IMG/VR virus record: IMGVR_UViG_3300017917_001008
Span: 1-64,000 of that record
From: a virus
DNA: 64,000 nt
Reading direction: 5' to 3' (one strand)
The position numbers were made by a program, and so were the translations under genes. Shown here in pieces: positions 1 to 8,379 of the stretch. Below the pieces are notes generated by a model. The model saw only the letters and a program-made list of their open reading frames with translations, made no database searches and had not been told where the DNA came from. Each line of letters starts with the position of its first letter. Positions within the stretch are counted from its first letter, which is position 1.

Positions 1-930
1 ACGGCATACGGTACTTATCAGTATTCTAGCTGTGGTGTATACTGTTTAGACGGTGACACCCTGGTTACCATGGCAGACGGGTCTACTAAAAAGATCTCTG
101 AGATAAAACAAGGAGATATGGTTTCTTCTAGAGACGTAGAGGGTATGCCGGATGAATCTCCAAACAAAGAACATCTTACCGTACAGCTCAGCTCTCTTAA
201 CTACACAGTAAGCACAGCGGTAGTAAGAGCTACTATGGCTACTACTGCAGAAGCTTACTTTAACATTAATAACGGGCTGCTGCTAGCTACCGATGCCCAC
301 GAACACTTTGTACTAAGAGAAGGTGTGTGGAGAATCATCCTGACGGTTAACTTACGGTTAGGTGATATCTTCTTAAAAGAAGACGGCAGCCTGGAACCTA
401 TTACATCTATAGAGTTAGTAAACGAGTCTAAGGACTTTTACAACATAGACGTAGAGAACCTGGATATGTATGTGGCTAACGGAATAGTTACCCACAACTC
501 AAAAGGTACTACCAATCCTTGTAACACTTACTACTGGTATGCTGACGGAAGCTGTGGAGTTTACTATGTTGACCAGGGATATACGCCTTCTGCTTGTGGA
601 TGTTCTACTGATGTAACTATCAATTGGTACTTCCCTTACTACTTTACATGTTATCAGTCTGGTACATTTAGTGCTGCTGCTAGTGCTGTTGTAAATACCA
701 CTGTAACGGTAGATATTCAGTGGTATGGAGATCTGGGTGGTGTTGTTTATGGAACTGTACAAATATATAGTGGCACTGCATGTAACACCACTAGTGTTTA
801 CACCTATGGATCTGTGTATTGTGGTGGTGAAAACATTAGTTACAGTCAGGCTCAAATTAGTCCTTCTAGTTCTGGTGGTCAAAACTTTGTGTTGGGAACT
901 TATGGATCTTCTGGATTCTCACCTTGTTAA
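1..930 (+). CDS. 5'-truncated Cys/Tyr/Gly-rich probable tail-fibre/adhesin protein with an internal Hint (mini-intein-like) domain
   Basis: Frame 1 is open from base 1 (TAYGTYQYSSCGVY-CLDGDTLVTMADG...), so the ATG at 70 is internal. Hint motifs are followed by a ~143-aa Cys/Tyr/Ser/Gly-rich C-terminal part. Lies in the virion gene cluster. Confidence 0.75.
   Translation, partial: TAYGTYQYSSCGVYCLDGDTLVTMADGSTKKISEIKQGDMVSSRDVEGMPDESPNKEHLTVQLSSLNYTVSTAVVRATMATTAEAYFNINNGLLLATDAHEHFVLREGVWRIILTVNLRLGDIFLKEDGSLEPITSIELVNESKDFYNIDVENLDMYVANGIVTHNSKGTTNPCNTYYWYADGSCGVYYVDQGYTPSACGCSTDVTINWYFPYYFTCYQSGTFSAAASAVVNTTVTVDIQWYGDLGGVVYGTVQIYSGTACNTTSVYTYGSVYCGGENISYSQAQISPSSSGGQNFVLGTYGSSGFSPC
43..498 (+). 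other. Hint domain / mini-intein (152 aa, no endonuclease)
   Basis: Block A CLDGDTLVTMADGSTKKISEIKQGD starting at Cys (43-45), block B TDAH (TxxH), block F/G FYNIDVENLDMYVANGIVTHN, followed by Ser(+1) at 499-501. Confidence 0.9.
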
Positions 931-949
931 AACTTATTAATTTTGTAAT

Positions 950-1177
950 ATGATAAACTACTATGTAAGACCTGACGGTGCTCACGTTAAGGTGAACACT
1001 GAAACCAAAGAAGTAACCCTAGCATTAAGTATTCCTGTACAGAAGACTTTGTCTTATATAAACAATCCGGAATACTATGATCGTATGGTCCTTGACCTGG
1101 ATAAATGGCCAGTTTCAGATGAAGCTGCTTTTACAGCTGCTTTTAATGCAATCAAGGTAGTTCTTTTAGGGGAGTAA
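950..1177 (+). CDS. hypothetical protein (75 aa)
   Basis: ORF fills the gap in the operon and has an AT-rich leader; no recognisable motif. Confidence 0.7.
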   Translation: MINYYVRPDGAHVKVNTETKEVTLALSIPVQKTLSYINNPEYYDRMVLDLDKWPVSDEAAFTAAFNAIKVVLLGE

Positions 1178-1215
1178 AACTTATCCACATATTGTAGAGT
1201 TATATTAGTTCTACA

Positions 1216-1223
1216 TATATTTG
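1216..1223 (+). promoter_or_regulatory. Bacteroidota sigma-A type -7 element (TAnnTTTG)
   Basis: TATATTTG about 25 nt upstream of ATG 1249, embedded in a TCTACA/TGTAGA inverted repeat. Confidence 0.5.
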
Positions 1224-1248
1224 TAGAAGTTTAAACTGACAATATCCC

Positions 1249-1767
1249 ATGGAAAAAATCACACTTAAGTTGTTTGAGTTTTACAACCTGGAAGCAGAAC
1301 TCAATGGACTCAGAAATCAACAGACTGGTGAGGTGATCTCAGCCGGTCTTCTCCAGGAGAAATTATCCCTCGTAACCAAGTACTGGCTCTCTGACCTGGC
1401 TAAAAAGGTAGCTTCTGAAAAAGCTACTGTAGAAGAGCTGAAGAATGACCTGATCAAGAAGCACGGTGTAGAAGATGAAAAGGGTGGTGTATCCATTCCT
1501 ATGGTTATTGACGACCTGGATGCTGATGGTAACCCAATCGTGGACAAGGATTCAGAAGGTAACGAGATTACCCGTAAGAAGCTCAACCCCAAGTTCCAGG
1601 AGTTTGAGAAGGAGTTTAATGACTTGCTTCAAACTGAAAAAGAACTGGAATACAAGGCTATTAACCTCTCAGATTTTGAGAAGGTGGAGACCACTGAGAA
1701 CTATTCTACGTTCTTTAAACTGGTAAAAGTGGATGCCGAGGTAGTACCTATGGCACCTGTAAAATAA
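1249..1767 (+). CDS. hypothetical acidic helical protein (possible assembly chaperone)
   Basis: 172-aa charged ORF with its own putative promoter and terminator; function inferred from context only. Confidence 0.7.
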   Translation: MEKITLKLFEFYNLEAELNGLRNQQTGEVISAGLLQEKLSLVTKYWLSDLAKKVASEKATVEELKNDLIKKHGVEDEKGGVSIPMVIDDLDADGNPIVDKDSEGNEITRKKLNPKFQEFEKEFNDLLQTEKELEYKAINLSDFEKVETTENYSTFFKLVKVDAEVVPMAPVK

Positions 1768-1791
1768 CCCAACCAGCCCATTTATAGGTAG

Positions 1792-1820
1792 ACCACTCCT
1801 GGAAACAGGGGTGGTTTTTT
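1792..1820 (+). terminator. intrinsic terminator
   Basis: ACCACTCCTG-GAAA-CAGGGGTGGT stem with a GNRA loop, followed by a T-run. Confidence 0.85.
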
Positions 1821-1889
1821 GTTTTGGCAAGTTCTACAAAATTCAGTATATTATATTGTAGACTATCTAAAACTTAAACTCTTCATTTT

Positions 1890-2405
1890 ATGGCTTTACG
1901 TATTTTGTCACAAATAGGTACTGATCAAGGTATTACATCAGAAGCCTATCTCCGTATCTCAGATTACAACCTGAGCAAAAACGGTTGTTCTGCTAACTTC
2001 CGTCTTCAACTTTTTATGAGTGAGGCTGATGCTAAACCTGTCCTAAAGACAATGCCTTACAATCCTGCTAACCCAGAAGCTAAATGTCAGCTGATTGGTG
2101 ATAATCTATTTCACTCTTTCCAAAAGGAGATTGAAATTGATACTACTTGCGTACGCATGGTGCCTACACAAGTTCAGAAGGAAGAAACTATTATCATTAA
2201 AGATCCTGTTACAGGAGAAGAAACTACTACCACTCAGACTATCACTGTAACGGAGATGGTACAGGAAGAGTATCCTTGTAAGCAGAAAACCTTTGTGTGT
2301 GATTTAGCACCTGTAGAAGGTGTAGACATCTTTGCTTATGGATATGGTATCCTGAAGGAAAAGATGATCAGCATCTTTGGTGCTGAGAATGTGGTTGATT
2401 GCTAA
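1890..2405 (+). CDS. hypothetical protein, tail-fibre associated
   Basis: 171-aa ORF heading the Cys-rich structural cluster. Confidence 0.65.
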   Translation: MALRILSQIGTDQGITSEAYLRISDYNLSKNGCSANFRLQLFMSEADAKPVLKTMPYNPANPEAKCQLIGDNLFHSFQKEIEIDTTCVRMVPTQVQKEETIIIKDPVTGEETTTTQTITVTEMVQEEYPCKQKTFVCDLAPVEGVDIFAYGYGILKEKMISIFGAENVVDC

Positions 2406-2426
2406 CCTATTGATATCCAATAACCT

Positions 2427-3680
2427 ATGTTGCCTGTAAAATCTAATACTGTTGAGCAGGGTTGCTCTCCGGTTTCGTCAAATTGCGTAATATGGCAGGG
2501 GCCTAATATTCCCTGCATTAATCTTTGCACTGGTGACACCGTATCTGACGTAGTCTACAAGATGGCCCAAGACTTGTGCACTATTAAAACTGCATATGAT
2601 CTTAAGGACGTAGACCTATCCTGCCTGGTCACTTTTTGCACCTCTGTTAATCCTGCTCCTACTACCAAAACTCTGCCAGCAGTATTGGATTTTATTGTCA
2701 AGAAGGTATGTTGCATTAACACCCGTGTCACAGCTTTAGAAGCTGGTGGTGGGGGTGGTGGAACGTCTACCTATACAGAGCCTACGTTGAATTTACCAAC
2801 GTGCCTGCAATATACTGATCCAACTACTGGTCAAACGGTAACCCAGCTGATCCATAATCAGTATACATTGAGACTGGGTAACCAGTTCTGTACTTTGAAG
2901 GCCACTGTGGATAACCACACCAGCCAGATCAGTACTATTAACACCACTCTGAATACACATACCCAGCAGATCACAGCTTTGCAAAATGCAGCCGGTCCAT
3001 CTGTTACTCCGGTGTGTGTACTTCCTGCCGTATCTACGCCTGTAGGTACAGTGCTTACAGCCCTGGAAACCCAGTATTGCCAGCTTAGAACCCAAGTGGG
3101 TAGCTCTGCTCAATTGACAGCAGCTATTGCCCAACAGTGTTCTAATCTTGGTGCTCTACCTGCCCTTAGCCAGGCTGGCAACATGAACAGTATTACAGGT
3201 TGGAATAACACATTAACCAATCTTGCACAGTCTTTCCAGAACCTTTGGATCACTGTATGTGACATGAGAAATGCCATCAATGATCTTAAGAAATGTTGTG
3301 GTGATGTAGACTGCTCTCAGTTTGTATTAGACTTCACTGTAGGTACTAATAACGACCGCACCCAGGTGACGCTTTTCTTTGCAGGTAAGACAGTTATCCC
3401 AACAGGATATGCAAACTGTACCGCCCAGGGATCTAAGGTGACTATTAAAGATTCAGCAGGTAAAGAATACACTGGTTACCTGGATCTGGTTGCTGCTCAA
3501 ACTGATGTGGATGGTGTAACATTTGTAGTGACCGGTGCCAACCTTAATCCTTCATTAAACTACACTGTAACAGTTGAAGGCTGTGTTGTAAAAGATGGTA
3601 AGACATGTTCTAAGACAGTTAACAAAACTGCACAGGTACCATGTCCAACTATTATCATTCAGTCAGCAACTATTGGATAA
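2427..3680 (+). CDS. Cys-rich structural protein with coiled coil (tail fibre-like)
   Basis: About 22 Cys in 417 aa by my count; heptad segment (VDNHTSQISTINTTLNTHTQQITALQ); N-terminal CVxxxGPNIP module; beta-rich C-terminus. Confidence 0.65.
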   Translation: MLPVKSNTVEQGCSPVSSNCVIWQGPNIPCINLCTGDTVSDVVYKMAQDLCTIKTAYDLKDVDLSCLVTFCTSVNPAPTTKTLPAVLDFIVKKVCCINTRVTALEAGGGGGGTSTYTEPTLNLPTCLQYTDPTTGQTVTQLIHNQYTLRLGNQFCTLKATVDNHTSQISTINTTLNTHTQQITALQNAAGPSVTPVCVLPAVSTPVGTVLTALETQYCQLRTQVGSSAQLTAAIAQQCSNLGALPALSQAGNMNSITGWNNTLTNLAQSFQNLWITVCDMRNAINDLKKCCGDVDCSQFVLDFTVGTNNDRTQVTLFFAGKTVIPTGYANCTAQGSKVTIKDSAGKEYTGYLDLVAAQTDVDGVTFVVTGANLNPSLNYTVTVEGCVVKDGKTCSKTVNKTAQVPCPTIIIQSATIG

Positions 3681-3686
3681 AAATGT

Positions 3687-6275
3687 ATGGCAAGTTTTAC
3701 AGTAACGTGGAGTTCAGGGGGAGGAGTATACAAACAAGAGTTATTCCTTAAGCCTAAGTACAGCGGAAGCTGGTCTATGGTGGCCAGCCTGAACGGAACT
3801 GTAAACACATATACATTGCAAGGTCTTCAAGAGAATATCATCTACCTGTTTAAGGTTAAATCCTATTGTAATACAGGTACACCCAGTGAACTTAGTCCGA
3901 TAGAGTTTATAAAGTTTAGTTGTCCTACGTTAACAGCAACAGGTGCTTGTGGAGGTGTAATAAACTTTTCTTTTCCTCAATCTGGCGGAGACGTTGATCT
4001 TTATGATGTAGTTCTTTATAATAGTCTTGGAGTGCAGCTTAGCACCCAGTCTGTTTCTCCTGCAGCTACTATAACAGGTAGTTTTACAGGATTGTCTGCA
4101 AGCACTACGTATAAGTTAAGAGTAGTGCCAAAGGCAGATACTCATTTAAAATCAGATTGTACCCAGGTAAGTACCACTACACTGCCACCGGCACCCACTG
4201 TAACAACTCATCCGCAATCTATAGCTGTTTGTGATGATGGACCAAACAGTACTATTACACTTACAGCAGGATTCAATAACGGAACAACATATTCCTGGTA
4301 TAGAAACGGAGTGCTGATTACCAATGGTGGTAATTATTCCGGTGCCACTACTACCAGTTTAACAATATCAAATGCAGGATCCATTCTTGGAACATTTACC
4401 TGCAAAACTGTGAATGTTTGTGGAGAAGTGACAACCAACGGGGCTGTCATTACACCGCTTGCAGATACCAGTATTTCCACACAGCCTTCTGTAATCCCAA
4501 CTTGTGTAACAGATCCGGTTACGCTTTCTGTAACAGCTGGAGGCGTAAGTCTCACTTATCAATGGGAAAAGAGTACAGATGGTGGATCTGCTTATAGTGA
4601 TATTAGCGGGGCTACGAGTTCCACTTATACAGTGGCTGCCGGTACTGCCGTAGATGGTGACAGATATAGAGTGAAGGTAAACTCAACATGTGGACCTTTG
4701 ATCACATCATCTGCAGCGGTTGTAGACACTGTAGTTACGCCTGTAATAGACACACACCCTGTTAACCAGGAAGCTTGTGCAGGTGTTAATGTCACATTCA
4801 CTGTAGCTTACACTGCGGAAGATCCGACAGTAACAATCTGGCAGCAATATGTAGCTGGAATCTGGACTGATATATCCGGAGCCACAACAATAAGTTACAC
4901 TACCAATGTTCTAGGAACATACCGGTTTAAGGTGGCTAATGCTTGTGGAACAGTATATTCAAATTCAGCAACATTAACAGAAGGCCAGCTTTCTATTACA
5001 TCACACCCAAGTAGCCAGACTATTTGTGAAAATGGTACAGCTACATTTACGGTGGCAGCCAGCGGGGCAGGGTTGAGTTTTCAATGGCAGCAGTTAATAT
5101 CAGGAACCTGGACAAACATTTCCGGTGCCACTTCTGCAACACTCACTCTTACATCTGTACCGTTGTCAAGTAATGGAAAACAATACAGAGCATCTGTAAC
5201 AGGGGATTGTGGTACAGTGATCAGTAGTCCTGCTACCCTCACTGTAAACGATAGTTCTCCAATCTGGGTGAATAGAGACATTAGTCTTCACTGGGTTTGT
5301 GTTGGTGTGGATAAGCACTATCAGCAGATAGATACAAACACATGTTCTGTAACGTATAACCAGACACAGACAGGAAGTCTTTACGAGGCTAACAGTGTAG
5401 ATTGTGGTTATGATCCTCCGAGCTGTAATCCTCCGGCAGTTCAGTCAGCATCTATTACATATATAGATCCTTGTAATTGTCCTCCGGGGTATGTAGCATC
5501 ACCTGACTTATCAGAGTGTGTACAGGAAATAGAAACAGCAGCCACACCTCCTACAGCAAGTACGTTTGACAGAACACTTGTAGCTAAAACATTAGGAGCT
5601 TATACTAGTTTCCAGACAGCTGTTTTGACAGGTGGGTTTGATCCGGCAACAGGTGTACCAACAGGGGGAGTGGTAACAAACACCTCAGCCTGGTGGAAAA
5701 ACACTACCGGAAACTTAGTAGACGGACCAATGAACAGATGTGCTGTATGGACAAACCTGACAGCATCCAATCAGAGAATAGGTTTTTCTATCTGTCTGAA
5801 TACAACCCAGGATAAGACGTATTTGGTAGGTGTGGGTTGTGACAACTTTGCTTCTATAAAGGTGAATGGAACCACTGTACTAACACAAAGCCCTTCAGCT
5901 TTAGGACAGTATTGGGCTGCTAACCCTTCCAATCTTACACAGCCTTTTAACGTATGGCATATCTATCCAATATTTATACCTGCCGGAAATAACGTAATAG
6001 AAGTGAGTGGAAATAACGTGTCATCGGTAGCTGCAGTGGGTGTGGAGATATATGACGGAACTGCTGCACAAATACTAGCAGCTCAGTCTTATGCAGAACT
6101 TGGACAGCGTTTGGTGTTCTCTACAAAAGATATAGTGGGTACACAGGTGTTAAGTGGAACAGATGGTGTTGGATACACTTGTCCAGATAATACATATGTA
6201 ATTAAAAGCTGTGGTTTAACAACCCCGGTTTGCTATAAAGTGACCACTACAACCTGCTCTGCTGCTTTACCCTAA
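3687..6275 (+). CDS. FN3 + Ig-like repeat virion adhesin / tail fibre
   Basis: Two FN3-like units (YTLQGLQENIIYLFKV; FTGLSASTTYKLRV), four Ig-like repeats (HPxS...YxW...ISGATxxxY/L...Y/FxCxV), and a C-terminal beta-sandwich that may bind carbohydrate. Confidence 0.8.
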   Translation: MASFTVTWSSGGGVYKQELFLKPKYSGSWSMVASLNGTVNTYTLQGLQENIIYLFKVKSYCNTGTPSELSPIEFIKFSCPTLTATGACGGVINFSFPQSGGDVDLYDVVLYNSLGVQLSTQSVSPAATITGSFTGLSASTTYKLRVVPKADTHLKSDCTQVSTTTLPPAPTVTTHPQSIAVCDDGPNSTITLTAGFNNGTTYSWYRNGVLITNGGNYSGATTTSLTISNAGSILGTFTCKTVNVCGEVTTNGAVITPLADTSISTQPSVIPTCVTDPVTLSVTAGGVSLTYQWEKSTDGGSAYSDISGATSSTYTVAAGTAVDGDRYRVKVNSTCGPLITSSAAVVDTVVTPVIDTHPVNQEACAGVNVTFTVAYTAEDPTVTIWQQYVAGIWTDISGATTISYTTNVLGTYRFKVANACGTVYSNSATLTEGQLSITSHPSSQTICENGTATFTVAASGAGLSFQWQQLISGTWTNISGATSATLTLTSVPLSSNGKQYRASVTGDCGTVISSPATLTVNDSSPIWVNRDISLHWVCVGVDKHYQQIDTNTCSVTYNQTQTGSLYEANSVDCGYDPPSCNPPAVQSASITYIDPCNCPPGYVASPDLSECVQEIETAATPPTASTFDRTLVAKTLGAYTSFQTAVLTGGFDPATGVPTGGVVTNTSAWWKNTTGNLVDGPMNRCAVWTNLTASNQRIGFSICLNTTQDKTYLVGVGCDNFASIKVNGTTVLTQSPSALGQYWAANPSNLTQPFNVWHIYPIFIPAGNNVIEVSGNNVSSVAAVGVEIYDGTAAQILAAQSYAELGQRLVFSTKDIVGTQVLSGTDGVGYTCPDNTYVIKSCGLTTPVCYKVTTTTCSAALP

Positions 6276-6292
6276 TAGTTAAAACTTAAAAT

Positions 6293-6922
6293 ATGTCTTG
6301 TAACAACTGTAACCCTTGTAATGATTGCCCTCCTCAGGTGAGCTATACACTTCCTCCATGTGTTGGAGGTGAACCTTGTGAAGAATTATCACAGGTTGAC
6401 TGTGTAAGCTTTGTAGGGCCTAATCTTCCAGCATTGGGTGTAACCAATAATGACAGACTGGTAACTATCCTTACCAAGCTACATAAAGTACTTAATGGTG
6501 TAATTACTCCTGCAGTACCTATAGCTACATACACGGCAACCAATACAGGGACCGGAGCTAATATTCCACCTTTGGTTGTGACCTATCTTGGACTGGGTCC
6601 GGTTGTAAAAACTGGTGGTACTGGATCAGGAACTACTATTACCGTGGGATCTACCAGTGGTTTACAAGTGGGTATGACTGTTGAGGTGACATCAGGAACC
6701 GGAGCTTTTGCTGCCAATACCACTATTACAGCCATCCCTTCAGCCACTACATTCACAGTGTCTGCTGCTCCTACAACAGCACTTGTAAGTGGGGCTATAG
6801 TGACAGCCACTGGTAAAGAACACCAGATCTTCACCATTAACGTATTACCTAATGCACCGCAAACCTTTAAAGCTTTTGCAGCATCTCCTGTAAAACTTTC
6901 TGGTACCGGTACTATTTTATAA
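6293..6922 (+). CDS. Cys-rich structural protein (tail fibre-associated)
   Basis: N-terminal CNNCNPCNDC and a CVSFVGPNLP module shared with 2427; Thr/Gly-rich beta domain (TITVGSTSGLQVGMTV). Confidence 0.65.
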   Translation: MSCNNCNPCNDCPPQVSYTLPPCVGGEPCEELSQVDCVSFVGPNLPALGVTNNDRLVTILTKLHKVLNGVITPAVPIATYTATNTGTGANIPPLVVTYLGLGPVVKTGGTGSGTTITVGSTSGLQVGMTVEVTSGTGAFAANTTITAIPSATTFTVSAAPTTALVSGAIVTATGKEHQIFTINVLPNAPQTFKAFAASPVKLSGTGTIL

Positions 6923-6939
6923 AAACCAAAACTTAAGTC

Positions 6940-7392
6940 ATGGCCGTATTACCACCTAATGAGTATCCTTGTTCTAGTTACAAGACAATCACTATTATTC
7001 TACAGGCTCCTGATGTAGCTCCTGCAAATGGGTATTCAGTGAGATGGAGAGTGGTGGGGTCCACTATTTGGAACGACTATCCTGTACAGTATGGAACTAC
7101 TATTTCCGTAATAGGTGTACCTGCTTGTTACAATATAGAAGTGGGTATTAAAGCCAATTGTGATGGCGGAGCTGGTACAGAGGTATTCACCCTGGTGCAG
7201 GGAACCAATTCCAACTGTTACGTATATACACTTAATGATAATACCATCTACTCATATACACCTTGTGGAGCTGATACTCCTGTAAGTATAGAAATGAACT
7301 CTTTAATGACCGGAGCTTCCAGACAAGTGTGTGCAAGAGAAGGTACTATTACAGGAGGTGGATTTACTCAGTCTGTTCTATGTACAGGATAA
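6940..7392 (+). CDS. FN3-like small structural protein
   Basis: GYSVRWRVVGSTIW...YNIEVGIKANC FN3-like pattern; Cys-rich tail. Confidence 0.6.
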   Translation: MAVLPPNEYPCSSYKTITIILQAPDVAPANGYSVRWRVVGSTIWNDYPVQYGTTISVIGVPACYNIEVGIKANCDGGAGTEVFTLVQGTNSNCYVYTLNDNTIYSYTPCGADTPVSIEMNSLMTGASRQVCAREGTITGGGFTQSVLCTG

Positions 7393-7402
7393 AATTTAAG
7401 AT

Positions 7403-8206
7403 ATGCCATATACACTCACTGTAAACTTTACACTTGCCAATCCTGATCCTGGTTCTTACCGGGTTAAGTTTTGGCCTACAGCTAACCCTGCTAATGTTAC
7501 TACCCGACTGGTGAGTAACTCTCCTTTCCAGGAGTCTAATCTTCCAGGCTGTGCTTATACAGGTACAGTGGAAGCATCATGTGGTGGTGGTCAATATTCA
7601 TCAGCACAAAGCTTTTCTGTAGTGTGTCCAACGGTTTACTACTATTACGCAATAAGTAAGTTTGATTGTGCCAATAACTGTGCACAGGTGGGTGGCTCAG
7701 GCAGTCTGGTGGGTAGATCTACCACACAGCTTTCTACTACCAGCGGTGTTTATTACAAGGTGGGTGGTTTTACATACCAGGTGGTAAATGAAATTTTACC
7801 TGCTCCTTCTACATTTGATGTGGATTTGAACACTGCCACTACATCTGATATCAGTTGTACTACAGCTTGTGGAAACACTCCTTCTCCTTCTAGTTTCACT
7901 ATAACTAACATGACAAGTAATGTTGTTAGTTTGACAGATTTTAATCCTGCATGGTTTACCATTGATACGGGTACACCTAGTAATTTAAGTGCCGGAGCTT
8001 CAGCTGCAGGTACTCATAGTGGTTACACTGGAAACTGGAGCATCACTGTAGGAAGTAATATTAACGGATGTTTGGTACTCAGAAAAAATGAAGGGGAGCT
8101 TATCACTAGCATTGCCATCACTAATGCGGGTATCTACACTTTCCAAAACTTATCAATTCTAAGTACTGATGAAGTGGTGCTTGAGATTACTAACTCTTGC
8201 CCATAA
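7403..8206 (+). CDS. Cys/Thr-rich structural protein (FN3-like N-terminus)
   Basis: SYRVKFWP...YTGTVEASC; beta-rich composition; last gene before a terminator. Confidence 0.6.
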   Translation: MPYTLTVNFTLANPDPGSYRVKFWPTANPANVTTRLVSNSPFQESNLPGCAYTGTVEASCGGGQYSSAQSFSVVCPTVYYYYAISKFDCANNCAQVGGSGSLVGRSTTQLSTTSGVYYKVGGFTYQVVNEILPAPSTFDVDLNTATTSDISCTTACGNTPSPSSFTITNMTSNVVSLTDFNPAWFTIDTGTPSNLSAGASAAGTHSGYTGNWSITVGSNINGCLVLRKNEGELITSIAITNAGIYTFQNLSILSTDEVVLEITNSCP

Positions 8207-8254
8207 AATATATTAAAAGTCAGCGGTTTTGTTGGTTTCCGATCTGACATAACA

Positions 8255-8291
8255 AAGCCCCTTCATTTCTATGCGGGGGCTTAATTTTTTA
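8255..8291 (+). terminator. intrinsic terminator
   Basis: AAGCCCCTTCAT-TTCT-ATGCGGGGGCTT imperfect stem followed by AATTTTTT. Confidence 0.7.
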
Positions 8292-8379
8292 TAAACTGTT
8301 TATAAAAGGTGTACAAGTTGTAGAATAGTTCTACACATTAAAGTTTAGCTTTATACACCATATACTAATCCTCACCCTT

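Noticed and set aside
3687-8206. Diversity-generating retroelement or invertible tail-fibre cassette
   Set aside because: I saw no reverse transcriptase, recombinase, near-identical TR/VR pair or inverted cassette. The Ig repeats are similar only at protein level.
8207-8379. tRNA or structured ncRNA in the larger intergenic gaps
   Set aside because: No cloverleaf or T-loop signature is visible; the gaps are explained by terminators and promoter-like motifs.
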